Assembly (NCBI RefSeq): GCF_963921235.1
Contig: NC_086097.1
Coordinates: 253,086,001 to 253,150,000 of the forward strand
Source of the DNA: Mobula hypostoma
Taxonomy: Eukaryota
DNA length: 64,000 bases
Reading direction: 5' to 3'
The notes under the pieces were generated by a model, which was not told where the DNA came from, searched no databases, and saw only the letters and a list, made by a program, of their open reading frames with translations. This document shows, piece by piece, positions 23,380 through 36,334 of the stretch. The position numbers were made by a program, and so were the translations under genes. Position 1 is the first letter of the stretch. The number at the start of each line of letters is the position of its first letter.

Positions 23380-26300
23380 CAGTAGCCAACGTGGCAGTGG
23401 CTGTCATCTGAGTGGATAGAATTAGAGTGGTAACTTTGAGGCCTTAGCTTCGAGGCTTCAGTCAGAGAAGGCAAAAAGAAAAGCTCCAGGTGGAGTTTTT
23501 TCCCCTTCCTTCTTTGCGTTTGCTCAGTTAGGACAGCAGAGATGTCAGGCAGGATAAGTGAATGCTCCTCTTACAGGATGTGGGAAGGCGGGGAGACCTC
23601 CAGTGTCCCCGATAACTACACCTGCAAGAAGTGCATCCAGTTGCAACTTACCACAATCTGCGTTAAGGAGTTGGAGCTGAAACTAGATGAACTCTGGATC
23701 ATTTGGCAGGCTAAAGACAGGACATATAGAGAGGTAATTACACCCAAAGTGCAGGATGCAGGAAACTGGGTGACAGTCAGGAAGAAGGAAGGGGTTAAAA
23801 ATTCAGTGCAGGTAAACTTGGAGCATGGATCAATATGTGGAAATATGGCGTTGTGGCCATTACAGAGACTTGCATGTCTCAGGGGCAAGAATGGCTGCTG
23901 TGCGTGCTGGGAGTTAGATATTTCAAAAAGGACAGAGAGGGAGGCAAAAGAGGGGAAGGCGTGGCATTCCTAATCAAGGATAGTGTCATGGCTGCAGAAA
24001 TGGAGGAAGTCATGGAGGGAGTGTGAGTGGAAGTCAGAAACAGGAAGGGTGCAATAATGCTCGTTAGATTCTGGACTAGTTCCTGAGGATTGGAGGGTGG
24101 CTAATGTAACCCCACTTTTTAAAAAAGGAGGGAGAGAGAAACCGGGGAATTATAGACCGGTTAGCCTAACGTCGGTGGTAGGGAAACTGCTGGAGTCAGT
24201 TATCAAGGATGTGATAACAGCACATTTGGAAAGCGGTGAAATGATTGGACAAAGTCAGCATGGATTTGTGAAAGGAAAATCATGTCTGACGAATCTCATA
24301 GAATTTTTTGAGGATGTAACTAGTAGAGTGGATAGGGGAGAACCAGTGGATGTGGTATATTTGGATTTTCAAAAGACTTTTGACAAGGTCCCACACAGGA
24401 GATTAGTGTGCAAACTTAAAGCACACGGTATTGGGGGTAAGGTATTGGTGTGGGTGGAGAATTGGTTAGCAGACAGGAAGCAAAGAGTGGGAATAAACGG
24501 GATCTTTTCAGAATGGCAGGCGGTGACTAGTGGGGTACCGCAAGGCTCAGTGCTGGGACTCCAGTTGTTTACAATATATATTAATGACTTGGATGAGGGA
24601 ATTAAATGCAGCATCTCCAAGTTTGCGGATGACACGAAGCTGGGTGGCAGTGTTAGCAGTGAGGAGGATGCTAAGAGGATGCAGGGTTACTTGGATAGGT
24701 TGGGTGAGTGGGCAAACTCATGGCAGATGCAATTTAATGTGGATAAATGTGAAGTTATCCACTTTGGTGGCAAAAATAGGAAAACAGATTATTATCTGAA
24801 TGGTGGCCGATTAGGAAAAGGGGAGGTGCAACGAGACCTGGGTGTCATTATACACCAGTCATTGAAAGTGGGCATGCAGGTACAGCAGGCGGTGAAAAAG
24901 GCGAATGGTATGCTGGCATTTATAGCGAGAGGATTCGAGTACAGGAGCAGGGAGGTACTACTGCAGTTGTACAAGGCCTTGGTGAGACCACACCTGGAGT
25001 ATTGTGTGCAGTTTTGGTCCCCTAACCTGAGGAAAGACATCTTTGCCATAGAGGGAGTACAAAGAAGGTTCACCAGATTGATTCCTGGGATGGCAGGACT
25101 TTCATATGAAGAAAGACTGGATGAACTGGGCTTGTACTCGTTGGAACTTAGAAGATTGAGGGGGGATCTGATTGAAACGTATAAAATCCTAAAGGGATTG
25201 GACAGGCTAGATGCAGGAAGATTGTTCCCGATGTTGGGGAAGTCCAGAACCAGGGGCCACAGTTTGAGGATAGAGGGGAAGCCTTTTAGGACCGAGATTA
25301 GGAAAAACTTCTTCACACAGAGAGTGGTGAATCTGTGGAATTCTCTGCCACAGGAAGCAGTTGAGGCCAGTTCATTGGCCATATTTAAGAGGGAGTTAGA
25401 TATGGCCCTTGTGGCTACGGGAGTCAGGGGGTATGGAGGGAAGGCTGGGGCGGGGTTCTGAGTTGGATGATCAGCCATGATCATAATAAATGGCGGTGCA
25501 GGCTCGAAGGGCCGAATGGCCTACTCCTGCACCTATTTTCTATGTTTCTATGTTTCTATAATAGGGCTGTTGTGATGGGTGATTTTAACTTTCCTAATAT
25601 TGACTGGCAACTCCCTAGAGAAAGCGGTTTCGATAGGGTGGAGTTTGTTAGGTGTGTTCAGGAAGGTTTCCTGATACAATACAGTATGTAGATAAGCCAA
25701 CTAGAAGAAAGGTTGTAATTGATTTGGTATTGGGAAATTTACCTGGTCAGGTGTCAGATCTCTTTGTGGGAGAACAATTTGGAGGTAGTCATCACAATTC
25801 TATCTCCTTCACCATCGTGCTGGAGAGGGATAGGAGCAGACTATGCAGGAAAACATTTAATTGGGTGGGTGAAATATGATGCCATTAGTCAGAAACTTGG
25901 GAACAGATGTTCTCAGGGAAATGCATGGCAGAAATATGGCTAATGTTCAGGAATATTTGCATGGCATTCTTCAGAAGTATGTTCCATCAAGGCAGGGAAA
26001 GGATGGTAGGGTAAAAGAACCATGGTGTACAAAAAGGCTGTTGAAAATCTAGTTCAGAAGAAAAGAAAAGCTTACGAGAAGGTTCAAGAAACTAGGAATT
26101 ACGAGGTTGTCAGGAAGGAGCTTAAGAATGAAATTAGGACAGCTAGAAGGAGTCATGAGAAGGCCTTGGTGAGCAGGATTAGGAAAACCCCAAAGCATTC
26201 TACAAGTATGTGAAAAGCAAGAGGATGAGCCATGTGAGAATAGGACCAATCAGGTGCGATAGTAGAAACATGTGCATGGAGTCAGAGGAGGAAGCGGAGG

Positions 26301-28007
26301 TACTTAATGAATACTTTGCTTCAGTATTCACCAGGGAAAAGGACCTTGGCAATTCTGGGGATAACTTACAGCAGACTGAAACGTTTGAGCATATAGGCAT
26401 TTAGGAAGAGGATGTGCTGAAGCTTTTGAAAAGCATTAAGTTAGATAAGTCATTGGGTCCAGACGAGAGATGTACCCCAGGCTACTGTGAGAAGTGAGGG
26501 AGGAGATTGCTGAGCCTCTAGCAATGATCTTTGCATTATCAATAAGGATGGGAGAAATACCAGAGGACTGGAAGGTTGCAGACATTGTTCCCTTGTTCAA
26601 GAAGGGGAATAGAGATAACCCAGGAAATTATAGACCACTAAGTCATACTTCAGTGGTGGGCAAGTTGTTGCAGAAGATCCTGAGAGGCAGGATTTATGAG
26701 CATTTGGAGAGACATAGTCAGATTAGGGATAGTCAGCATGGCTTTGTCAAGGGCAGGCCATGCCTTGCAAACTTGATTGAATTCTTTGAGGATGTAATAA
26801 AACGCATTGATGAAGGTAGAGCAGTGGCTGTAGAGTATATGGATTTCAGTAAGGCATTTGATAAGGTTCCCCGTGCGAGGTTCATTCAGAAAATACTGAG
26901 GCATGGGATCCAAGGAGACCTTGTTTTGCGGATCCAGAATTGGCTTGCCCACAGAAGGCAAAGAGTGGTTGTAGATGGTTCATGTTCTGCATGGAGGTCG
27001 GTGACCAGTGGTGTTCTGCAGGGATCTGTTCTGGGACCCCTCCTCTTTGTGATCTTTATAAATGACCTGGATGAGGAAGTAGAAGAGTGGGTTAGCAAGT
27101 TTGCTGATGACACAAAAGTTGGGGGTGCTGTGGATAGTCTGGAGGGTTGACAGAAATTTCAGTATGACATCGATAGGATGCAGAACTGGGCTGAGAAGTG
27201 GCAGATGGAGTTCAACCCAGGTAAGTGTGAAGTGGTTCATTTTGGCAGGTCAAATTTGAAGACAGGATATAATATAAATGGTAAGACTCTTAACAGTGTG
27301 AAGGATCAGAGAGATCTTTGAGTCCATGTCCATTGGACATTCAGAGCTGCTGCACAGGTTGAGAGTGTTGTTAAGAAGGCATATGGCGTGTTGGCCTTCA
27401 TCAACCATGGGATTGAAATCAAGAGCCGTGAGGTAATGTTACAGCTATATAATGCTTTAGTTAGACTCCCTTGGAGTACTGTGTTCAGTTCTGGTTACCT
27501 CACTACAGGAAGATGTGGATACTATAGAGAGTGCAGAGATTTACAAGGATGTTGCCTGGATTGGAGAGTATGCTCTATGAGAATAGGTTGAATGAACTTG
27601 ACCTTTTCTCCTTGGAGCGACGGAGGATGAGAGGTGACCTGACAGAGGTGTATAAGATGATGAGAGGCATTGATCATGTGATAGTCAGAGGCTTTTCCCA
27701 AGGCTGAAATGGCTAACACGAGGGGGCATAGTTTTAAGGTGTTTGGAAATAGGTACAAGGCGGATGTCAGGGGTAAGTTTTTCACACAGAATGGTGGGTG
27801 CATGGAATTCACTGCCAGTGACAGTGGTAGAGGCGGATATGATAGGGTCCTTTTAGAGACTTGGATAGGTACATGGAGTTTAGACAAATGGAGGGCTATT
27901 TGATAGGGAAATTCTAGGTAGTTTCTAGAGTAGGTTACATGGTCGGCAGAACATTGTGGGCCGAAGGGCCTGCAATGTGCTGTAGATTTCTATGTTTCTA
28001 CGTTCTA
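23380..28007 (+). mobile_element. Older CR1 (D-like) with 5' region, internally deleted and split by a young CR1
   Basis: ORF1 N-terminus ECSSYRMWE..YTCKKCIQLQ (23542), EN pieces on both sides of 24059-25557, RT 26494-27150, tail ~27987-28007. Confidence 0.9.
24059..25557 (+). mobile_element. CR1 subfamily A (young), open RT frame
   Basis: Uninterrupted ORF 24097-25461 (454 aa); tail; candidate TSD ATAAT 24054-24058 / 25558-25562. Confidence 0.96.
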
Positions 28008-28099
28008 TTACAGTTTGAAAAATAAATGTAGGCTGTTGAATGTAACAATGTTTTGATCCTGATATAATTCACTGCATTGTTAAAGGTGAAGGGCCTTGT

Positions 28100-28197
28100 C
28101 CCTTATTCCCCTCCACAGATGCTGCCTGACCTGCTGAGTTCCTCCTGAATTTTGTGTGTGTTGCTCTGGATTTCCAGCATCTGTAGAATCTCTGGTG
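28100..28197 (+). repeat. Penelope-derived short repeat (terminal part)
   Basis: gatgctgcctgacctgctgagttcctcc...tttccagcatctg. Confidence 0.7.
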
Positions 28198-28359
28198 TGA
28201 AAAATGTTAACAAATGTGAATATGCAAATATGCAGCCAATGGCTTCAACCTGTGCACAGGCAAGGTGTGGGGCCGGGGTACTTGTAAAATTAACATAAAC
28301 ACAAGAGTAGTGAAATGCGAACAACCAAAATCTGTACTAAAAAGGTAACTTGCGTTTGA

Positions 28360-28555
28360 TATCTGCTCAGCTAGGACAGTAGGGTAGTGAAATGCTCCTC
28401 TTGCAGGATGTGGGAGGCAGGGAGACCTCCAGTGTCTCCGATGACTGCAACTGTGAGAAGTGCATTCAACTGCAGCTTCTAACTCTCAGCCTTAAGGAGT
28501 TGCAGCTGGTACTGGATGAATACTGGATCATTCAGGAGCCTGCGGGCTAATAGAC
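28360..28555 (+). mobile_element. CR1 ORF1 5' fragment
   Basis: KCSSCRMWE..CEKCIQLQLL; homologous to 23520-23710. Confidence 0.8.
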
Positions 28556-30020
28556 AGACCATAAGACCATAAAACAGAGGAGCAGAATTAGGCCATCCAG
28601 CCCATTGAGTCTGCTCTGTCCTTTCATCAAGGCTGATCCCGGATCCCATTCAACCCCAGACACCAGCCCTCTCACCATATCCCTTGATGCCCCAACCAAT
28701 CAGGAATCTATCAACTTCTGCTTTAAATATACTCATGGACTTGGCCTCCACTGCAGTCTGTGGCAGAACATTCCACAGATTTACTACTCTCTGGCTAAAA
28801 ATAATTCCTGCTTACCTCTGTTCTAAAAGGCCACCCCTCAATTTTGAGACTGTGCCCTCTAGTTCTGGATACCCCCACCACAGGAAACATATGAGGGGTG
28901 ATTGATAAGTTTGTGGCCTAAGGTAGAAGGAGTCAATTTTAGAAAACCTAGCACATTTATTTTTCAACATAGTCCCCTCCTACATGTTCACACTTAGTCC
29001 AGCGGTCGTGGAGCATACGGATCCCTTCTTTGCAGAAACGGTCCACAGCAGGGGTGATTGATAAGTTCGTGGCCTAAGGTAGAAGGACATGAGTTATGCA
29101 CATGCAGTTCAACTCTGTGTGAAAACGCAGAAAGTTTGAAGTTAATAACACATCTCCTTCTACCTTAGGCCACGAGCTTATCAATCACCCCTGCTGTGGA
29201 CCACTTCTGGAGGTCCAAGATGCCGACTTCTGCAAAGAAGGGATCCGTATGCTCCACAACCGCTGGACTAAGTGTGTAAATGTAGGAAAAATAAATGTGC
29301 TAGGTTTTCTAAAACTGACTCCTTCTACTTTAGGCCACGAACTTAACAATCACCCCTCGTACTTTTCACTTCCACCTTATCTCGTCCTTTCAACCTTCAG
29401 TGGGTTTCAGTGAGATTCCCCTGCATTCTTCTAAATTCCAGTGAGTCCAGGCCCAAAGTTGCCAAACGCTCCTCATATGTTAACCCCATCATTCCCGGAA
29501 TAGGCCTCGTGAACCTCCTCTGGACTCTCTCCAATGACAACACATCCTTTCTGAGATATGGGGCCCAAAACTGCTGACTATAACCAAGTGTGGCCTGACT
29601 AGTGTCTTATAAAGGATCAGCATTGTCTCATTGCTTTTATATTCTATTCTCCTTGCAATAAATGCCAACATTGCACTCACCTTCTTTAGCACAGACTCAA
29701 CCTGTTAATTAGACTCCTGAGAGTCTAGTACAAGGATTCCTAAGTCCCTCTGCACCTCTGATGTTTGAATTCTCTCCCCATTTAGATAATATTCCACACT
29801 ATTGTTCATTTTACAAAAATGAATTATCATACATCTCCCAACACTTTGTTCCATCAGCCACTTTTTTGCCCATTCTTCCAATTTGTCTAAGTCCTGCTAC
29901 AATCACATTGCTTCCTCAGCACTACCTACCCCTCCACCTATCTTTGTATCATCCGCAAACTTTGCCACATAGTCATCAATTCCATTATCTAAATCATTTT
30001 CAAACAATGTGTGAAGTAAT
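28556..30020 (-). mobile_element. CR1 (C-like) 3' part, interrupted by a mariner MITE
   Basis: (ccataaga) tail at left; RT from ~AKFADD to the C-terminus. Confidence 0.9.
28892..29359. mobile_element. Mariner-derived MITE with TA TSD
   Basis: TA 28890-91 and 29360-61; TIR (c/t)gaggggtgattgataagtt; arms encode the mariner C-terminus EGIRMLH.RWTKCV..GGDYVEK*. Confidence 0.92.
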
Positions 30021-31105
30021 ATGATTGAATTCATACTGAATTTGAGAGGGAGTAGCATGAGTCACATGTATCAGTCTCACAATGGAACAAAGGGAATTAC
30101 AGAGGCATGAGAGAGGAGCTTGTCCAGCCGGATTGGAGAGGGATTCTGGCGGGGATGACGGCAGTAAAGAGGCGGCTAAAGTCTCTGGTAATAGGTCAGG
30201 ATAGATAAGCCCCACAGAAAAAGTTCTCAACTGGCAGGTCTAGGTATCCATGGCTAAAAAGTGAAGTTAAGGTCTGCATAAAAACCAAGGAAAAAGCATA
30301 GAAGGTAGCAAAAATGAATGGCAAGTTGGATGATTGGGAAGCTTTTAAAATCCAACAAAATGCAACTAAAAAATCTATAAGAAAGGAAAAGATGAAATAT
30401 AAGGGCAAACTAGCCTATAATATAAAGCAGGATACTGAAAGATTTTTCAGTTATATAAAGAATAAAAGGGAGATGAGAGTTGATATTGGACCATTGGAAA
30501 ATGATGCTGGTGAGGTAGTAATGGGGGACAAAGAAATGGCAGATGAACTTAATGGGTACTTTGCATCTGTCTTCACTGTGAAAGACACTAGCAGTGTGCC
30601 AGAGGTCTGTGAGTGTTAGGGAGCAGGAGTGAGTGCCATTGCTATTATAGAGGAAAAAGTGCTGGGCAAACTGAAAGGTCTTAAACTGGGTAAATCACCT
30701 GGGCCAGATGAACTACATCCCAGAGTTCTGAAAGAGGTTGCGGAAGAGATAACGGATGCATTGGTCATGATCTTTCAAGAATCACCTTATTCTGGCATGG
30801 TCCCAGAGGACTGGAAGATTGCAAATCTCACTCCACTCTTTAAAGAGGGAGGAAGACAAAAGAGAGGAAATTATTGGCCAGTTAGACTAACCTCAGTGGT
30901 TGCAAAAGTGTTGGAGTCTATCATTAAGGATGAGGTTTCCAGGTACTTGGAGACTAATGATAAAATAAGTCAAAGTCAGCATGGTTTCTGTAAAGGGAAA
31001 TCTTGCCTGACAAATCAGTTAGAGTTCTCTGAGGAAGTAACAAGCAGTGTGGACAAAGGAGAGGCAATGAATGTCATTTACTTATAGATTTTCAGAAGGC
31101 ACTTG
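30020..31105 (+). mobile_element. CR1 (C-like) segment from EN-RT linker to RT motif DFQKA
   Basis: ORFs 30314-30619 and 30629-31087. Confidence 0.9.
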
Positions 31106-31109
31106 ATGT

Positions 31110-31560
31110 GATTGTGGGATTTTCACACACAAAAGTGAATGGCAGTTTTGCGGATGAAAACGCCGAGTTAAAACATTCAGTAAGCAACATTTCTGTGGAC
31201 AAAAACACATTGTTAATGAGAGAGGTCAAAGGAGAATGGCCAGACTGTTCAAGCTGAGAGGAAGGTGATAGTAACTCCAACAACCACACATTATACAGTA
31301 GCAGTGATGTGTAGAAGGGCATCTCTAAATGCACAACACATTAAAACTTGAAGTGGAGGGGCTACAGCAGCAGAAGACCATGAACATGCACTCACTGGCC
31401 ACTTCATTAAGTACCTCCTATATGGTTTGAGTTACTGACCCCTTATTGTCAGCTTGAAACACTCTGCTATTCTCTCTGACCTCTCTCATTAATAAGGTGT
31501 TTTCACCTACAGAACTGGTGCTCACTGGATGTTGTTCAGTTTTTGCACCATTCTCTGTTA
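31110..31560. mobile_element. Tc1-like remnants: plus 31110-31385, TIR-like 31389-31416, minus 31425-31560
   Basis: Homologous to 5330-5580; GYSSRRP motif; second piece is the reverse complement. Confidence 0.75.
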
Positions 31561-32029
31561 GCCCTTTATTGGGCTGACAAAGAAAGTCCTTAAAATTGTG
31601 ATGATTTTTTGATGATTTCTAGTTCAACTGTAGTTTGTTCATTCAAATGGTTGTTTGATCCGCACAATCTACTTAACTCCTGTTTCAGCAATTCTCTCAA
31701 GTGAAAACAACAGCAGCATGAGAGAGTGTTATCATTTTGTCCTGGTCTGAAATGAACAGGAGAGGCTGCACTAGTGCATGATGAGGAGCTGCTGTGTGCT
31801 TGTTCTTATAGAAACATGGCTTCAGGACAATGCCCATGCACCATCAATCCTCAGGGCATGCTGCTCAGGAACTTGGGTTATAATCATTATTTTTTAATAT
31901 TTTTGTAAGTGTTTTCTGCTATCATAATTATATGTAATTTATGCGCTGTGTGCTGTAGGTGACTGTATATACAGAGAAACATTTCATTTGGCTGTTGTGA
32001 ATAACAATTAAACTGCATCTTTAAAAAAA

Positions 32030-32190
32030 GGGAAAATCTTCAGATGCTGGAAATCCAGAGTAACACAGACAAAATGCTGGAGGAACTCAGCAGGTCAGGC
32101 AACATCTATGTAAAAAAGTACAGTCAACGTTTTGGGCTGAGACCCTTCGGCAGGACTGGAGAGAAAAAGGGGATGAGGAGTAGATTGAAA
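32030..32190 (-). repeat. Penelope-derived short repeat with mutated hammerhead core
   Basis: Reverse complement cagtc-CTGCCGA-agggtctcagccc-AAAA-cgtt-gactg at 32121-32158. Confidence 0.75.
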
Positions 32191-32239
32191 ACTGCAACTT
32201 TAACTTGAATTTGCAACCTGGTCTGAACTTTAAAAGACA

Positions 32240-32585
32240 ATATGTCAAAAGGTGGCATCCGTTATTGAGGACCCCCAGAACCTAGAACATGCCCTCTTCT
32301 TATTGCTACCATCAGGGAGGAGGTACAGGAGCCTGAAGACACACACTCAATGTTTCAGGAACAGCTTCTTCCCCTCTGTCAACTATTTCTGAATGGACAA
32401 TGAACCCATGAACACTACCTCACTTTTTCTTTCCTTTTTTGTTCTATTTTTCCATTACTTATTTAATTTAAAATATATACTATGTATTTCTTAACGTAAA
32501 TCATAATTTTATTATGGACTGAAATGTACTGCTGCTGTAAAACAACGAATTTCACATGTGCCAGTGATATTAAACCTGATTCTGA
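32240..32585 (+). mobile_element. Rex1/Babar-like 3' end
   Basis: LPSGRRYRSLKTHT..FRNSFFP; attaaacctgattctga end. Confidence 0.8.
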
Positions 32586-33094
32586 GAGTTCAGTGGTTTA
32601 ATGGTTAAACAGTCCCATTTAATATCAGAGAATGGATACAATATACAACCTGAAATTCTTACTCCCTGCAGACGTCCTCAAAACAGAAGTGAAAGCCCTG
32701 CTTTAGCCCACTTGCCAAAGCGGCGTACTGGGTTGTGACCACTGTCGCATGCCAATCAGAGACCCAGGTGAGAGATGAGTGTCCATGGGGGATAAAGGTG
32801 AGTGAGCTGTCCTGGAAAAGACATGACAAGCCCCTTCACCAGAGGTACTAACTCTCCCTGGACACCTCATACAAGGTAGAGATCATAAGCCTGGCTGTAA
32901 TTCAGCTCCCTAGGTCTAGGTTCTCCCGCTCGAAGAGACGGCCTCTCAGCATCTAGCCCATCAATCGCTTTTCTACTTTTGTACTTCTCTATCAGATCAC
33001 CTTTGACATTCTGGTCAGTCTAGGCCAATCGTATTCGATCTCTCCTTGTTAGTATGCTGAAGAGTTTAGTTTTAGGTTCTTTCGAGCAGATGGA

Positions 33095-33561
33095 GCATCA
33101 GTATCTGGTCTGGAGGGGCCACCACACAGGATCAGAGAAAGCTGCAGGAAGTTGTAAACTCAGCCAGCTCCATCATGGGCACTGGGCTCCCCAGCATCAA
33201 AGACACCTTCAAAAAGTGATGCCTCAAAAAGGCGGAATCCATCATTAAGCACCCTTCATCACCCAGAACATGTCCTCTTCTCATTGCTACCATCAGGAAG
33301 GAGGTACAGGAGCCTGAAGACACACACTCAATGATTCAGGAACAGCTTCTTCCTCTCTGCCATCAGATTTCTGAATGGACAATGAACCCACGGACATGAT
33401 CGTGTTATTTTTTCTCTCTTTTGCATTACTTACTTAATGTTTGATATATTTTTATTGTAATTTGCCATTTTTATTATTATGTTGTGTGTTGAACTGCTGC
33501 TGCTTAAGTTAACAAATTTCACGACATGTGCCGGTGATATTAAACCTGATTCTGATTCTGA
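33095..33561 (+). mobile_element. Rex1/Babar-like 3' end
   Basis: Same family as 32240-32585; (gattct)n tail. Confidence 0.82.
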
Positions 33562-33735
33562 GGGGTTTGCTGGTAGCAGCGAGAGAGTAGCAATGTCTCT
33601 GGGGAAGGTTTCAGGCAATGTCCCAAAGCTGAGGCTGTCAACACTGACTTCATCCCTGACGGGCAGCTCCCAGTCACGACCCAATTCAGAGTCAGGTTTA
33701 TTTACATCGAAACAGAGAGTGAAATGAGAGGTATG

Positions 33736-34421
33736 TGTCGCCCCCCCCGGCCACTCTCAGGGTCACTCGGCTCGCTGTCGTCTGGGGAAAAAGCCTCGGC
33801 CCCGGCAAACTGGGTAATTAGTTTGTGTGGATGCTGTGTGATGTACCCCACCCCGCCCAAATAACAGACAGTACACCAGATACGATTGAGTGAATTACAG
33901 CTTAAAGATATTACTGGAACTATATAATTAATAGAGAATAAAATATAAAAGGAAAATAAAAGGCGCCACACTTATCAAAGTTCAATCTGTTCGTGCACAA
34001 ACAGTTGGAGCTCAAGGACCTTCTTCTTCACCCTGCGACCCCCTTGGACCACCTCGACTGGCACCTGGGACCAAAGACGGTGGTCTACCAGACGCTCCAC
34101 ACGAGTCCGTCTCTGTCTCCTCGCCGAACGCCCTCCTCGGGTCCGACCCCGTTAGCGGACATCACAGCACATCGTCCATCCTCTGTCTCGCTCTCCTGCC
34201 TTCTGCCCCAAAACCCCGCGCATACAAGTCTTCCAGATACACCAAAATCATAACAATTATCCCAATTGGTTAATAGCACCCTGCTGTCTGTACTAACCCA
34301 AGCAAATGTCTAGCGAGAGACTTTCTCAGCATTTAACATAACAAAGAAGCACTCCCCAGTATAACATAACAAAGAAGCCATTTTAATTAGCCTACACAGT
34401 AAAAGACGAAACCCCCTTACA
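33736..34421 (-). mobile_element. Solo LTR (686 bp), 4-bp TSD
   Basis: TG...CA termini; TATG at 33732-33735 and 34422-34425; CpG-rich, suggesting it is young; strand inferred from composition. Confidence 0.85.
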
Positions 34422-34469
34422 TATGTTCCAGAAAGAAGGATGAACAAGGCTGCCAACTTCAAAAAAGTT

Positions 34470-34755
34470 ATTTTATTTAGTGATACGGCAGAGAATAGGC
34501 CCTTCGAGCCCTTTGAACCATGCCATCCGAGCTTGATTTAACCGCAGCCTAATCACGGGAAAACTTACAATAACCAATTAACCTACCTGGTACATCTTTG
34601 GACTGTGGGAGGAAACCAGACCACTGGGAACACCCATGAATTCCACGGGGAAGATGTAAAGATTCCTTAGAGATGAGGCCAGAATTGAACTCCAAACTCC
34701 AACACCCTGAGCTGTAACAGTGCCGAACTAACTACCATCCAATCACGGTGCCCAA
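34470..34755 (-). mobile_element. V-SINE-like element
   Basis: Reverse V domain tgtgggaggaaaccagaccac; tRNA-like head at right. Confidence 0.7.
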
Positions 34756-35366
34756 GGTATCTTGGGTGTCAAGGGAGGTGATAAATATAGTCAAACAGAA
34801 AAACGTAAGTATGTAAAGTACGTAAAACGGAAGCTGGAATCAAACAGAGACTTGAGGATTATAAAGAAGCCAGAAAAGAACTGAAGGAGTGAATTAGAAA
34901 AGAGCAGCCAGGAAAAGTCCTTGGCAAGTAGAATATTAACAGGAACAGGCCCTTCAGCCCACAATGTTGTAATAAACACTTTAAATTAGTAATTAATTAG
35001 AATTTAGCTCCAGTGGGCGGAGCTGAAGATGGCAGCAGAGGGCAACTGCTCCCAGCTCAGCAGTGAAACAGTTAAATTCTTCCTATTCAGGGTGGCTGGA
35101 GTCCTGTCAGGATCTCTGGTCTACAGTGGCACTCAAACTGCGGATCAGCACGACGGCGTGCTCCTGTTCGTGGAGCTTGCCGAGATCAGCCATGTTTCGA
35201 TACGGACAGGAATTCTCATCAGTGTCGTGAACAGAAGTGCAGCGGGAGCTGGAACATCGAAGACCACCCTCTCAAGTTGTTACACTCAGACCGACTGTAA
35301 CATCAAACAGCAACTGCTTGTCTCTCCTCTGGCTGTGGAAGGAGCAATATCTGTCTCTCCCTTGTC

Positions 35367-35369
<3 letters not shown>

Positions 35370-35397
<28 letters not shown>
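35370..35397 (+). repeat. (GA)n microsatellite
   Basis: About 14 GA units. Confidence 0.95.
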
Positions 35398-35398
<1 letters not shown>

Positions 35399-35538
35399 CC
35401 TAAGGGGAGTTAAAATGTTGCAGTGAACAGTTAGTTTTTGATGGACTGTAGACCATGGTCTCTCTTTAGGGGCTTTGTTGTTGCTCGCATGATGGGCCTT
35501 GATCTTCAGTGTCAACCCCGGGACACACTGGTGATGAT

Positions 35539-36313
35539 TGTAATGCCCTGGTTAAGATTTTACTGCTATGCTGCAGGTACTTCATTTTAGCAGTTCTGTA
35601 AGAGCAGTCTGTAAGAGGGGCTCTCAGCTTGTTTGGGTCTGAGCTGAGATAAGAAACTTTGTTATTCAGCTTAGGAATGTGGTATCAGCCCATCAGGATG
35701 GTAGATTTGGGAAGAGGTTCTCGAGAATGTGGGGGGAGAGGTCTCTGTTGGCAGGAGCTGGGAGAAGACGGGGGGAAAAGATGGCTGAGGATACTGTCCC
35801 TGTTGCACAAGGTGCTTCCTGCAGATGAATGGCTTCAAGAAGGAAGAACCAGTACTCCCACAGGAGACCTGTTTGTTTCAGATGGATTTCGAGTGACCTT
35901 CAGAAGGTGGTGTATGCTTTCACACAGACCGAGGGCCCAGGGAGTGAGTGACAGACAAGTTCAAGATGAGTTCCAACTTGTGCACGTCTGACTGTTTAAG
36001 CGTAATGAGCCCTTTTTGTTTTTTCCTTTCTTTCATTTAGTAATTGTTTGCTTATATTAACATTCTTAAATATACTCCTTTATAAATGTATGTAGTGCAC
36101 CATCTGTTATTTCTTGCCAGGGGCAGTAAATCATACAACATTCACACAAACTGGGGTTCAGGTGGGTGAGACATCCCAACCTGATGGATTTGGCGGGACC
36201 AAAGTTGAATACAAAGCTGGAGAAAGGTGGGTTTATCGCAGCGGAATCCAGGAGCTGTTAACGAGGGGCTATCAAGCCAGTTTTCCAGAGACGCCCAGCA
36301 TAAAGGGGTTTCA
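35539..36313 (+). mobile_element. Probable solo LTR (775 bp)
   Basis: tgtaatgccc...ggggtttca termini; flanks TGAT / CGAT (TSD with one CpG-type transition). Confidence 0.65.
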
Positions 36314-36334
36314 CGATGAATGAGGAACCTGGTT

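Noticed and set aside
35010..35480. GC box plus aagatggc and a 124-aa ORF as a host first exon
   Set aside because: No recognisable protein; runs into (GA)n; more likely the 5' end of a repeat
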